Source of the DNA: a virus
DNA length: 64,000 nucleotides
Reading direction: 5' to 3' (one strand)
Virus record (IMG/VR): IMGVR_UViG_3300005288_000003
Coordinates: 33,841 to 97,840 of that record
Positions 54,339 to 63,189 of the stretch are shown here, in pieces (positions within the stretch are counted from its first letter, which is position 1; each line of letters starts with the position of its first letter). The position numbers and the translations under genes were made by a program. The notes under the pieces were generated by a model that saw nothing but the letters and a program-made list of their open reading frames with translations, was not told where the DNA came from and did no database searches.

Positions 54339-55031
54339 TCAACCCCGTGCTATCACTTCAACGGACTTTGCCGCTGTACCATGAGCGCGAAAGCCGATAA
54401 TATAATCACGTTTTGCATCTTGACAAAGGCCACACTTAACGCAATTCACTTTGTCGGTATTCTCAGCAGGGCAGATAACAACCTTATTCCCGGCTGGAGT
54501 GTAGGACACTTTCTCAGCATCACGCGGCATAATTACAACAACTGGAGCAACATTTAAAGCTTTCAACTTATCAGCATGATTAACATCGTTGCCGCTTAAG
54601 TTGATTGTAAAGCCTTTAGCGTTTGCATCTTTCACACAAGCACGATTCAAACCATTTTCAAGTGTATCGTAGTGTGTATATGTAAAGCCACGTTTGCCCT
54701 TGTTTGCGTTTACAAGTTCAAGCAACTTGACATGATCGATACGGCCTGTACCTTCTACGCCGTTCAAATCACCGGCCTGATTGTGACGCCACAAACTGCC
54801 ACGCGACAGCGCTTTAACTTGCTTGATGAATTGCGGCCATTCTACAGCGTTCTTACTTTCACCAGCATCCAGCTTGCGCCAGTGCATACCGACAGGACCA
54901 TACTTTGCATAACAGCCTTTCACCTTAATAGGGCAAGCATCAGGGCATGTCGAACTATTCGAGGTGGATACTGGCATTGGACCGGTCTTAGTGTTGCCGC
55001 TAACTGGATTCAGAACGTAGAACGAAGACAT
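54339..55031 (-). CDS. Cys-rich putative Fe-S protein (gp88/radical-SAM-like)
   Basis: CPDACP..GCYA, RHNQAGD, FTYTH, ICPA..CVKCGLC, GFRAHG. Confidence 0.65.
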   Translation of the reverse strand: MSSFYVLNPVSGNTKTGPMPVSTSNSSTCPDACPIKVKGCYAKYGPVGMHWRKLDAGESKNAVEWPQFIKQVKALSRGSLWRHNQAGDLNGVEGTGRIDHVKLLELVNANKGKRGFTYTHYDTLENGLNRACVKDANAKGFTINLSGNDVNHADKLKALNVAPVVVIMPRDAEKVSYTPAGNKVVICPAENTDKVNCVKCGLCQDAKRDYIIGFRAHGTAAKSVEVIARG

Positions 55032-55099
55032 TAAAGCGTTTCCCGTGCATTGCTGTGTGTTTGTTTATGTCGCTGATTTTACAGGGTTTTTGTAGCTGG

Positions 55100-55501
55100 T
55101 CAAGCTTTATTTACACACCAGAACCAGAACAGAACCACGATAAACAACAACCATTTAAAAGATTTGTCATTGACATTTGACAGCAGCCAGAAGCGGGCTA
55201 GAGTTACTTTAGAAGGTGACGGATAAAACGGCATGGCGTCATAATCCGGCTCTTCTACTGGCTTCCCTTTGTCACGCTTTCGAATGATTGCAGCTCTATC
55301 AGCTTGCAGCCTTTCGAGTAATTCAAAATACAACTCGGACGGCATACCTTTTGCATTGTCTCGCTCTAGCTCTCTTTCGAGTTTATCTAGATCATCCAGC
55401 TTTTTAGCGGTTGGATCGATTCGATAACGCAAGGGTAAGGGAGGAACCTTTGAAGACTCCCCACTTCGACGGATAGCAGCCACTAGATAGCGACGTACCA
55501 C
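55100..55501 (-). CDS. Hypothetical protein with C-terminal membrane anchor (start uncertain)
   Basis: Helical body; WLLFIVVLFWFW. Confidence 0.55.
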   Translation of the reverse strand: MVRRYLVAAIRRSGESSKVPPLPLRYRIDPTAKKLDDLDKLERELERDNAKGMPSELYFELLERLQADRAAIIRKRDKGKPVEEPDYDAMPFYPSPSKVTLARFWLLSNVNDKSFKWLLFIVVLFWFWCVNKA

Positions 55502-55700
55502 GTGCCCTTCGACTTGTACAGTTTACACGGTGTGCCAGCCTGAGCGTGTGCGGCTGCTACTGTGAAAGCGGATACAGCGTTAGGGTGTGGAAGAATATTT
55601 GAGTACAAGCTGAGTACCTTGTCTAGTTGGTGTGCCGAAGATTCTACAGAGACAAAGAAGCCCCGTCAACCTCTTATTTACAGGTTTGCGGGGCTTTCTT

Positions 55701-55862
55701 TTATTCTTCTATGCCCATTGCCGGGGCTACAGGTTGAAACTCAAACGAGCGGCGACCTGTTGAAGATTGGCGGCGTGTACGGCTAGCCTTGCGGGTCGCC
55801 TTCTTGTATTGTTCGTATTCACGAGCTGTAGCGAAATCGTTTACAGTTGCTTTGCGAGACAT
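55701..55862 (-). CDS. Small basic protein (53 aa)
   Basis: MSRKATVNDFATAREYEQYKKATRKASRTRR; between a promoter and terminator; below track cutoff. Confidence 0.6.
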   Translation of the reverse strand: MSRKATVNDFATAREYEQYKKATRKASRTRRQSSTGRRSFEFQPVAPAMGIEE

Positions 55863-55932
55863 TTAAAGCCCTTACTTCTATTTATGATTTGGTTGTGCCG
55901 ATTGTATAGGGAACCGGCTACCCTGTCAACGC

Positions 55933-56481
55933 TTAGAAGCGCTTTTGAACGCGGCTCAATACTTCCAATACCTGAGCTTTGTCGAGGTCGCCCATTCGCA
56001 ACTCTTGCTCAATGCGTTCTGCCTTGCTGTCCAGCTTCTGAGCTACCCGCACATTGATAAACGCACGAGTGAGAAAGGATTGTGCGGCCACTTCGTCGGT
56101 AATGCCAATCTTTACCAACTGGCTAGCTGCGTGGTCGAAAGTGGCTTGCACTTCTTTGCAAACTTTGCTAGCGACCGGCGTGAAGACTTTAGCAATTACC
56201 ACACCCTTACCGCCAGCCATCCGCACCTTATCTGCTGCTACTTGACGTTTGAACGTAGACAGGCGATGAAAGTGCATACCATGCGTGCCGCCGATTTCCT
56301 TTTCCAGAATGGTGGCCAGTTGGCTTGGGGTTTTCTTTACACTTTCCATCGCACCGGCCAACAAAGTACGATCGTCTTTCTGAAACGCCAACCCGGCACC
56401 GTTGCCAGACATTGGGGCATTGCATACAACAGCACGGGCTTGAGCTTGGGCGTACATTTTAACAAAGGTAACTACTTGCAC
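55933..56481 (-). CDS. Hypothetical protein
   Basis: AGGAG RBS; own promoter. Confidence 0.7.
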   Translation of the reverse strand: MQVVTFVKMYAQAQARAVVCNAPMSGNGAGLAFQKDDRTLLAGAMESVKKTPSQLATILEKEIGGTHGMHFHRLSTFKRQVAADKVRMAGGKGVVIAKVFTPVASKVCKEVQATFDHAASQLVKIGITDEVAAQSFLTRAFINVRVAQKLDSKAERIEQELRMGDLDKAQVLEVLSRVQKRF

Positions 56482-56541
56482 TTCTAAATTCTCCTAATGA
56501 ATGATTGTGTGTCGCCATTCTATCGACGGCGATTCAGCATG

Positions 56542-56835
56542 TCAAGCGAAAGTTATACGGCGCCCGCCAATCGACAGTGCTTTGATTGTTTCCATGTTGA
56601 CATTCCGCACCTGATCGCGGCCTTGATCATCCTTTCTATTCAGAACGACCTTGACATATTTTTCAATGTGTGCGGTAGTGTCAGCACCACCTTTACCTAC
56701 CTTGCGAACATGCCCGTTCAAGGTACGCTCTGTGCCGTCCTTTTTAACGAACGTCACACCCAACCATTTAGAACCATTCGCCTTGATCATCGCTGCGATT
56801 TGCTGTGAGACAACATCTGTTTTCACTACTTGCAT
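56542..56835 (-). CDS. WYL_2/DUF2693-like SH3-fold protein
   Basis: GVTFVKKDGTERTL...RNVNMETI. Confidence 0.65.
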   Translation of the reverse strand: MQVVKTDVVSQQIAAMIKANGSKWLGVTFVKKDGTERTLNGHVRKVGKGGADTTAHIEKYVKVVLNRKDDQGRDQVRNVNMETIKALSIGGRRITFA

Positions 56836-57103
56836 TTGAAACTATTCCTCTTTGTTTGTGTGTGGCCCATTCTACAGGGTGGCTTTACCTTGTAAAGCAT
56901 TATTTTCATTCTTTCTACATTCTTTTTCGCCTCCTTACATACCAGCTTACATACCAGCGTGAGCGCATGCGAATACCACGAGAAATTATTTTCTGCAAGG
57001 GGTTGCATCGCTACGCTTGCCTAGGTAGAATCATACACAGCGGGCAACGGAGCACGGAGTGCGACCACCGGAGACAAACAGGGAGGGAGCCTGCGATTTA
57101 GGT

Positions 57104-57296
57104 TGGCATGGAAATTGCCTTGCTATAGTGTGCCAAAAGAATTTGAAAATAGTTGTTGACTCTGTGATTCAGGGGTGTAAAATTGGCCCATGATTTCAAG
57201 CTGGCCCTCGATGGGGTCGGTGCCCTCTCGCCTATAGCGCAGTCTAGCGAGGCGCATTCCTGCCCGAATGGTTTACATTCTGGCACGGGGATTGCT
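57104..57296 (+). promoter_or_regulatory. Two sigma54 motifs plus a rightward sigma70 promoter
   Basis: TGGCATGGAAATTGCC (57104), TGGCACGGGGATTGCT (57281), TTGACT-N16-TAAAAT (~57156). Confidence 0.6.
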
Positions 57297-57590
57297 ACCT
57301 CCTGTTCGTGACCAAAACGCTTTGTTCGGTCAAAAATAGATAGCTGCCTATTCAATTTAGTTAGCGGGCTAAGCAATTAGTTAGCTCCCTATCTACCGAA
57401 ATCTGCATATTATGCCCGTAATCTGAGAGGGCGTGTACAGAATTTCAGAAACCGTGAAACCCCTGTGAAAAACGCTTTAGTCCCCATTTTTCTGTAAAAA
57501 TCTGTCTAGTCCTAAAAATCTGCCCGGTCCCCATTTTCCTGAACAACACCCAACAAAAAGCCCCGCAGTGCGGGGCTTCTCTTTGTTCTG

Positions 57591-57800
57591 TCATCCGTTG
57601 GAACGCAGGCTCTCATCATAGGTATAGCCTGCTCCCAAAGCCACTGGAACACCGAAGCACAAGGCCAGAGTAACGAAGAGGAACCGACCTACCGGCTCCC
57701 ATGTCATTGGGTTCCAGACGCCACTGATGAAGGCACAGCAGAACCAGACGAAGACTACACAGGTAATTAAAGCGATGCCACAGACAGACAGAGTACGCAT
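57591..57800 (-). CDS. Small membrane protein
   Basis: Start MRTLSV after AAGGAG; two hydrophobic segments. Confidence 0.65.
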   Translation of the reverse strand: MRTLSVCGIALITCVVFVWFCCAFISGVWNPMTWEPVGRFLFVTLALCFGVPVALGAGYTYDESLRSNG

Positions 57801-57982
57801 TGGGTTGCTCCTTGTTAAGTTGATGTGGAGCATACTACAGGGTGTTAACGGGCTAGTCAAACCTTTTGCGAAAATAATCTGAGCCACAAAAATAATCTGG
57901 ATAAATAATCGCTTTGCTCAAAGTAATCTTTTGGTAAAAATAAAGCCCCACCATAAGTAATGGCAGGGCTTCAATGTGCGGC

Positions 57983-58222
57983 TCACGCCGCGTTCTTCTG
58001 GTTGACAATCTCTTGGACGGCTGCGATTCGAGCATCAATCCATCGACGGCGATAGAGATTGAAACACTTCACCAGTTCATCCTCTAGCGACTTGAGTTCC
58101 AGCTTCAAGTCTCGGATCGATTTCGCATGCAAGAGCGCCAACTCTCTTTCGGTTAGCATATCCGTTGCCTCTATAAAGAGAACATCATTGTCCTCGGGAG
58201 CATGATACCACGATTGGATCAC
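57983..58222 (-). CDS. Hypothetical protein
   Basis: 79 aa, coiled coil. Confidence 0.6.
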   Translation of the reverse strand: MIQSWYHAPEDNDVLFIEATDMLTERELALLHAKSIRDLKLELKSLEDELVKCFNLYRRRWIDARIAAVQEIVNQKNAA

Positions 58223-58236
58223 ATCGTCAAGCTATA

Positions 58237-58419
58237 TCACATTTCCTTGACAATTGCAAAGCACATCAGACCAGATAGCACCATTAGCAACGAGCAGAAG
58301 CCAGCGACGATGAACTCTGCACCATACATTGCAGGCATTTCAGATGCGATAGCACCGCCGATGAAGACACAGAACGCTCCGAAGAGGATCATGATCAGTG
58401 CCATAATAACGTCCGTCAT
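58237..58419 (-). CDS. Small membrane protein
   Basis: Start MTDVIM; hydrophobic. Confidence 0.6.
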   Translation of the reverse strand: MTDVIMALIMILFGAFCVFIGGAIASEMPAMYGAEFIVAGFCSLLMVLSGLMCFAIVKEM

Positions 58420-58613
58420 CACAATCCCCAAATCAGTGCGATGATGCCAATGACACCAGCAGCGATGAATGTAATACCAGCGATTGCGCCCGGTGCTGCG
58501 ATCCACAGGGGACTGCGACTGTAGTACGTGCCGTTGGCGTCGTCTACGAACATGATAACCAGTAAGATTGCCAGTGCAGTCATCGAGATTTTCAAGCAAG
58601 TCAGTGAAATCAT
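58419..58613 (-). CDS. Small membrane protein
   Basis: Two hydrophobic segments. Confidence 0.6.
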   Translation of the reverse strand: MISLTCLKISMTALAILLVIMFVDDANGTYYSRSPLWIAAPGAIAGITFIAAGVIGIIALIWGL

Positions 58614-58801
58614 TCTTTATCTCCTTCTAGATGTTGTTTGAGTGCCATGAGCGAGCTGAATTCCTCGCTGCGTATCTTTCCTTCACAACCACGTGGACGG
58701 TAATGCCACTTGCCATTCTCCTTGTATATCCGGCCTAGCTCTTTCTTGTGCCATTTGACCTTGATATATTCACCAGTTGGGATTGTTTGGTAGTTGATCA
58801 T
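58610..58801 (-). CDS. Hypothetical protein
   Basis: AAGGAG RBS. Confidence 0.65.
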   Translation of the reverse strand: MINYQTIPTGEYIKVKWHKKELGRIYKENGKWHYRPRGCEGKIRSEEFSSLMALKQHLEGDKE

Positions 58802-58853
58802 TCCGTTCTCCTTTCGTGAAGAAGCCCTGCGAAAGCAGGGCTCGTTGGGTTGA

Positions 58854-59846
58854 TTACGCTACGAGAGTGTAACCGGCCAGTTGTTCGTTCACCAGCCAGA
58901 AGCCGTAGCAATCGTTCGATTCCAGCTTGTAGGTGTGGTCGCTGTCATGGGCGTCAACACGAATCACAGCGTATTCCCGACCGTTGGTGTGCTCACTGCT
59001 ATCAGCAGTCGATACAGTCAGCAGCTTGGAACCCAGTTTCAGTACGCCAGCTTCGTGAGCTTGCAGACCAGTCAGAGTACCGGCAGACTCACCGATGAAC
59101 TGGATACCGTGCTTGGCCAGACGACCAACCAGAGCGATGCGACGAACTTCAACAGCATCCACCTTAGCTTGTGCAGCGGTTACAGCGGCTTCTGCTGCTG
59201 CCTTCTCGGCTTTCACACCGTCCAACTCGGTACGCAGTGCAGCCAGTTGTTCGTCGAGAGTTGGAGCTGGAGCTTCTGCAACCACTTCCCATACCCAGTC
59301 ACCCCAGTTCTGGCTACGGTGGATCACATCTTCTTTGGCAATGATTCCACCATCGATGCAATCATAAACCCCACCAATAACGAAGCCCCAGTGACGATGC
59401 CCACGGTTGTCGCTGACCAGTTTCACTTTCATGCCCTGCTTCACATCTTCACGCTTGATTCGACGAGCAGGGGCAGCGTCTTTCTCTACCACCAGTTCCA
59501 GTTCATCGATCAGACCGTAGTCACGACCACCTTCCTCGAAGACCACATAGATGGTACGCCCGGAAACTCGGTACACTTCGCCAATCTGGCCTTTGTACTT
59601 GCTCAGGAACACCACAGAGCGGATCACTTTCACTTTGGAACCTACGACGATAGAGGTCGAGGTTACACGTTCGAGGTCAACAGGACGACCGTAGTCTTCA
59701 ACACCATCGTCGAAACGGACGTGAACGATTTCATCACCGCGAGTCAGACGAGTAACAGTACCCAGTTTGCCTTTGTTACCCGAGTAGAACAGACTCCCGC
59801 CAGCGCCAATTACACGAACGCGAGTGCCAGTAGTGAATTGAGTCAT
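58854..59846 (-). CDS. Multi-KOW/SH3-repeat protein with coiled coil
   Basis: Repeated G-x-(R/K)V(R/K)VI...G.V...V.F...DYG...LE.V modules. Confidence 0.75.
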   Translation of the reverse strand: MTQFTTGTRVRVIGAGGSLFYSGNKGKLGTVTRLTRGDEIVHVRFDDGVEDYGRPVDLERVTSTSIVVGSKVKVIRSVVFLSKYKGQIGEVYRVSGRTIYVVFEEGGRDYGLIDELELVVEKDAAPARRIKREDVKQGMKVKLVSDNRGHRHWGFVIGGVYDCIDGGIIAKEDVIHRSQNWGDWVWEVVAEAPAPTLDEQLAALRTELDGVKAEKAAAEAAVTAAQAKVDAVEVRRIALVGRLAKHGIQFIGESAGTLTGLQAHEAGVLKLGSKLLTVSTADSSEHTNGREYAVIRVDAHDSDHTYKLESNDCYGFWLVNEQLAGYTLVA

Positions 59847-59925
59847 TTGTAATCTCCTTTGTTTGTTTGTGTTGGGCTATTGTGCCCGTTCAGATGTTTC
59901 GTGTCAACAACTTATTTCATGTTTC

Positions 59926-60360
59926 TTACTTTAGGTAAGAGAACTTCTCTTTGTACAGATGCACCAGACCATCTTGTGTTGCTGTGAGCTGGCTCATACA
60001 TGTGACGAACATGAAGCCCTTGGGACATACGACGTTGGTGGTGTCTACCAAAACTTCCACGGTGTTCTTGGTGCCGATATAAGTAATTGTAGTTTCCAAT
60101 TTCAAATTCATATCCCGTTCCAACATCGAGGTGCCTTCTACATCAGCCCAGCCAGCACTGATTGTACCAGCTACGTCAGCGATTGGATAGGTGCCCAGCT
60201 CATAACTTTTACCTTGAGTTTTGCCAGTGACTTTCACTACAGCTTGTTCTGCTGTAACTTCACCGACGTTTACAACACCAGAGTTGCTACGGATGATGAC
60301 ATCTTTTGTACAGGCTGTCAACATCAAAGCTGTGATGCCGATAAAGAGAAGACGTTTCAT
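59926..60360 (-). CDS. Lipoprotein
   Basis: Lipobox LTAC. Confidence 0.7.
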   Translation of the reverse strand: MKRLLFIGITALMLTACTKDVIIRSNSGVVNVGEVTAEQAVVKVTGKTQGKSYELGTYPIADVAGTISAGWADVEGTSMLERDMNLKLETTITYIGTKNTVEVLVDTTNVVCPKGFMFVTCMSQLTATQDGLVHLYKEKFSYLK

Positions 60361-60740
60361 GCGTCCAGCTCTTTCAACAGTGCAGCTACCAGAATCTGAC
60401 GCTGACGGTTCAGGCCGCTCTTCACGCGCTCAGCAGCTTCAATGGTAGCGTCTGCTTCTGCGATGCGAGTCTGCTCAGCCTTGATCAGTACGTTGATTGC
60501 ACGGATTTTGTCAGCGTTGCTCTCTGGCTTGACAGCTTCAAAGCTACGGCCATCTACACTTGTCTGGCGACCGACGTGCGGGAGTGTCGTGGTAGCGTCT
60601 GTTAGGGTTTCTTCGGTAGTGTACCGACCAGAGCCAGTGATGCTGTGGATGGTTACGATCTTGCCCTTGTGAACCGGATGGAAGCCCCAGCCACCAACAG
60701 TAATCTTTACTTTCTGTCCTACTGCGAATTGTTGAGCCAT
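60357..60740 (-). CDS. KOW/SH3 plus coiled-coil protein
   Basis: FAVGQKVKI...GKIVTI. Confidence 0.7.
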   Translation of the reverse strand: MAQQFAVGQKVKITVGGWGFHPVHKGKIVTIHSITGSGRYTTEETLTDATTTLPHVGRQTSVDGRSFEAVKPESNADKIRAINVLIKAEQTRIAEADATIEAAERVKSGLNRQRQILVAALLKELDA

Positions 60741-60940
60741 TAGATTGTTTCCTCCATTAAATCGTTAAGTTCCGTTTCGATTCCCTTGAACTGTTCATGG
60801 GTAATCGTCATATCTGCGAACCAAGCACCAGCAGCTCCACGAGCCATGCTGATATAGTGTCGCTTTGTTTCTTCGATGTCTGATTTGACCACTTGATCAA
60901 TATACCAGCGAACATGTGCAATCTTTTGATCGGTTGTCAT
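60740..60940 (-). CDS. Hypothetical protein
   Basis: Coupled ORF. Confidence 0.6.
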   Translation of the reverse strand: MTTDQKIAHVRWYIDQVVKSDIEETKRHYISMARGAAGAWFADMTITHEQFKGIETELNDLMEETI

Positions 60941-61302
60941 TTCTTGCCTTCGATTCGTTTGATGGTCTTCGAGAATACACGAACGCCCATCTTGAGTCCA
61001 GCAACACCAGCCTTTTCGACTTGTGCTTTCAGTTGATTTGCAGCGTAGCTACACGCTACCACGTTCCCTTTGATGTAACCCTTGTTGCAATCGATGCGGT
61101 CAATGGTTAGATCGCTACCACGAAGAGGCAAGCCATGTCGCGGTTTAGTCAAGCCCAAGCCAGTGTAATGACACTTCTTGGCACTCAGGATGTTCTTCAT
61201 CGACTGGAAGGTCATGTTGAACTCGATACCACGTTCCTTGGCGTTATCTGCTTTGCGGCGGAGCTTGTCAGCTACATACAGGTCGAAGGATGCGTCGGTC
61301 AT
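60937..61302 (-). CDS. HNH-like (His-Me finger) protein
   Basis: CHYTG...TIDRIDCNKGYIKGNVVAC...NQLK; start MTDASF after AGGAG. Confidence 0.7.
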   Translation of the reverse strand: MTDASFDLYVADKLRRKADNAKERGIEFNMTFQSMKNILSAKKCHYTGLGLTKPRHGLPLRGSDLTIDRIDCNKGYIKGNVVACSYAANQLKAQVEKAGVAGLKMGVRVFSKTIKRIEGKK

Positions 61303-61394
61303 TGTGTTTCTCCTAAGTGATGGTTGTTTGCGTATGCAGGCTATCTTAATGGGAGCTGACATCCTTGTCAACTACTTCTCCATTTATTTGTTGG

Positions 61395-62729
61395 TTATTT
61401 ACGAGCTACCAACTTGAACTCACTGGCTGGACGGCGACGTGGGTAATCAACATCGTCTTTGATGCGGATGTGTGGGCCGCTTGCGTTGCACATCGCAGTG
61501 ATAGTGTAGCGCTCGCCGTAGGTGATGTCCCAGCCAGCTTCCAGAGCCTGTACAGTGTCACCAGCTTTCCACTCGCTAGCTGGAACAGAAGCCAGATCAG
61601 GTGCAGCTTCGTGGAACTCAAAGCAACCACGCTCTACACAGCCACGCATTGCATCACCGCCGCCGTCAACAACACAAACAGCACCGTAACGCTTCGACAC
61701 TACATACACACCACCAACGGTGATGTTGGCAAGGCCCTTACCTTCACGGGTGATGCACTTCACTTTGTCGCCATCTTGCCATTCCGAGACTGGTTTACCA
61801 GTCTTCACCAGTTTGCCACCTTCGACCTTGAAACCACCGGCCTTGATTCGATCCAGCTTGGCTTGTTTCTCGATGTTCAGTCGAGCCACATCACGGTTCA
61901 GACCCTCAATGGTAGTCAGCCTGCCAGCAACTCGGCCTTCCAGAGCTTTCACTTCGTCCAGTACAGCGTTCAGTGGGTTGACATCAACCACAACACCCGG
62001 AATTGCAACCTGCGTCTCGGCGGTGGCGTAGCGTTGTTCACGATACGGTGTGAAACGACCACCATTGAAGTAGAACCAGTTGCCAGCTTCGTCCTGTTTG
62101 TGCCAATTAGAAGCGTGCTGTTCGTTCATGCTGTAGTGGGTTGCACCAACCGGAGCATCAGTCCATTTAACGCCAGCCTTCGGGCCTTCTGGAACCTTCT
62201 GTACATCGCTCAGTTTCAGCCACAGGCTCTTAGCACCTTCACCAAAACGCGGCGTGGTCGAACCATCGTCAAGCTTGAACTTGATATATTCGCTACCGAA
62301 GTAGGTGATGAACTCTTGATCCAACAGCTTCACGGTGTCGCCCACTTTCAGACCAGCTTTCTCGGCTGGAGTGCGAGTGTCTGGCTTGCGACCAATGGTG
62401 ATTTCGGTCAGGTCGAGGTATTGAGTCTCGCCATATTGTTCAAACAGTGGCGAACTCGAACGATCATCGCGTTTGAAGACAGCTTCTTCGCCAACTCGAA
62501 AGGCGTGTGGGCACTTGATGCCCACGCCAACAACAACGATGTCCCCGAGTTTCAGACCAGCACGAGTTGCTGGGGTTTGTTCCACCAGATCACTCTCATA
62601 CACAGCGTAGTAATTACGGTCTTTCATGCGGACGCCCCATAGGCCAGTACCAACGTCTTCAACGGTGCCGGTCATTGTTTCACCGTGACGACGGAAAGTG
62701 ATCGATTGGCCTTTTTCGAAAGTAGTCAT
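61395..62729 (-). CDS. Multi-module KOW/SH3-repeat protein
   Basis: Repeated GLK(L/V)GD.V and SEW..GD.V modules, APVGATHY module, coiled coil. Confidence 0.75.
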   Translation of the reverse strand: MTTFEKGQSITFRRHGETMTGTVEDVGTGLWGVRMKDRNYYAVYESDLVEQTPATRAGLKLGDIVVVGVGIKCPHAFRVGEEAVFKRDDRSSSPLFEQYGETQYLDLTEITIGRKPDTRTPAEKAGLKVGDTVKLLDQEFITYFGSEYIKFKLDDGSTTPRFGEGAKSLWLKLSDVQKVPEGPKAGVKWTDAPVGATHYSMNEQHASNWHKQDEAGNWFYFNGGRFTPYREQRYATAETQVAIPGVVVDVNPLNAVLDEVKALEGRVAGRLTTIEGLNRDVARLNIEKQAKLDRIKAGGFKVEGGKLVKTGKPVSEWQDGDKVKCITREGKGLANITVGGVYVVSKRYGAVCVVDGGGDAMRGCVERGCFEFHEAAPDLASVPASEWKAGDTVQALEAGWDITYGERYTITAMCNASGPHIRIKDDVDYPRRRPASEFKLVARK

Positions 62730-62743
62730 GTATTTCTCCTTTG

Positions 62744-62971
62744 TTAGTTAGTTTGGATTGTTACGTTGATGCCGAGATTGTACGTCCATTTCAGAAGTTG
62801 GTCAACAGAAAACTTGTCTAATTTCTCATTGAACAAGTCGCTAACACGGGGTTGGGAAGTCTCCAACAGATAGGACATATCCGTTTGATTCATCCCGTGC
62901 TTTACTGCATAACGTATGATCGAGTGTATCAGGTTCGATTTGGTGATGTCAATGAATTCTTCGACAATCAT
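62744..62971 (-). CDS. XRE-family HTH protein
   Basis: MNQTDMSYLLETSQPRVSDL...FSVDQL. Confidence 0.8.
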   Translation of the reverse strand: MIVEEFIDITKSNLIHSIIRYAVKHGMNQTDMSYLLETSQPRVSDLFNEKLDKFSVDQLLKWTYNLGINVTIQTN

Positions 62972-63189
62972 TTATGCTCCTGATATACATGAGTGTCAAC
63001 CGTCAAACTGAATGGTGACACTTTACACACGTTGTACATGCCTGTCAAGGCACACGCTAGAACAATTACACCAATGATCGATGTAATGCCTTCATTGAAT
63101 AGCTTGCCTGCGAAAGCCAGAGCGCCGCCGAGGATGATGAAGTACAGACAGACAACTACCAGTACGAGCCAGCCAAGGATAGCGAGCAT
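62968..63189 (-). CDS. Small membrane protein
   Basis: Two hydrophobic segments. Confidence 0.65.
   Translation of the reverse strand: MLAILGWLVLVVVCLYFIILGGALAFAGKLFNEGITSIIGVIVLACALTGMYNVCKVSPFSLTVDTHVYQEHK

Noticed and set aside
57121-57135. Additional sigma54 motif on the - strand
   Set aside because: GG-to-GC spacing is 9 nt, not 10.
61365-62642. Long antisense ORFs (also 24758-25975, 58881-59852, 4747-5607)
   Set aside because: They shadow real genes on the opposite strand and lack an RBS or recognisable motifs.
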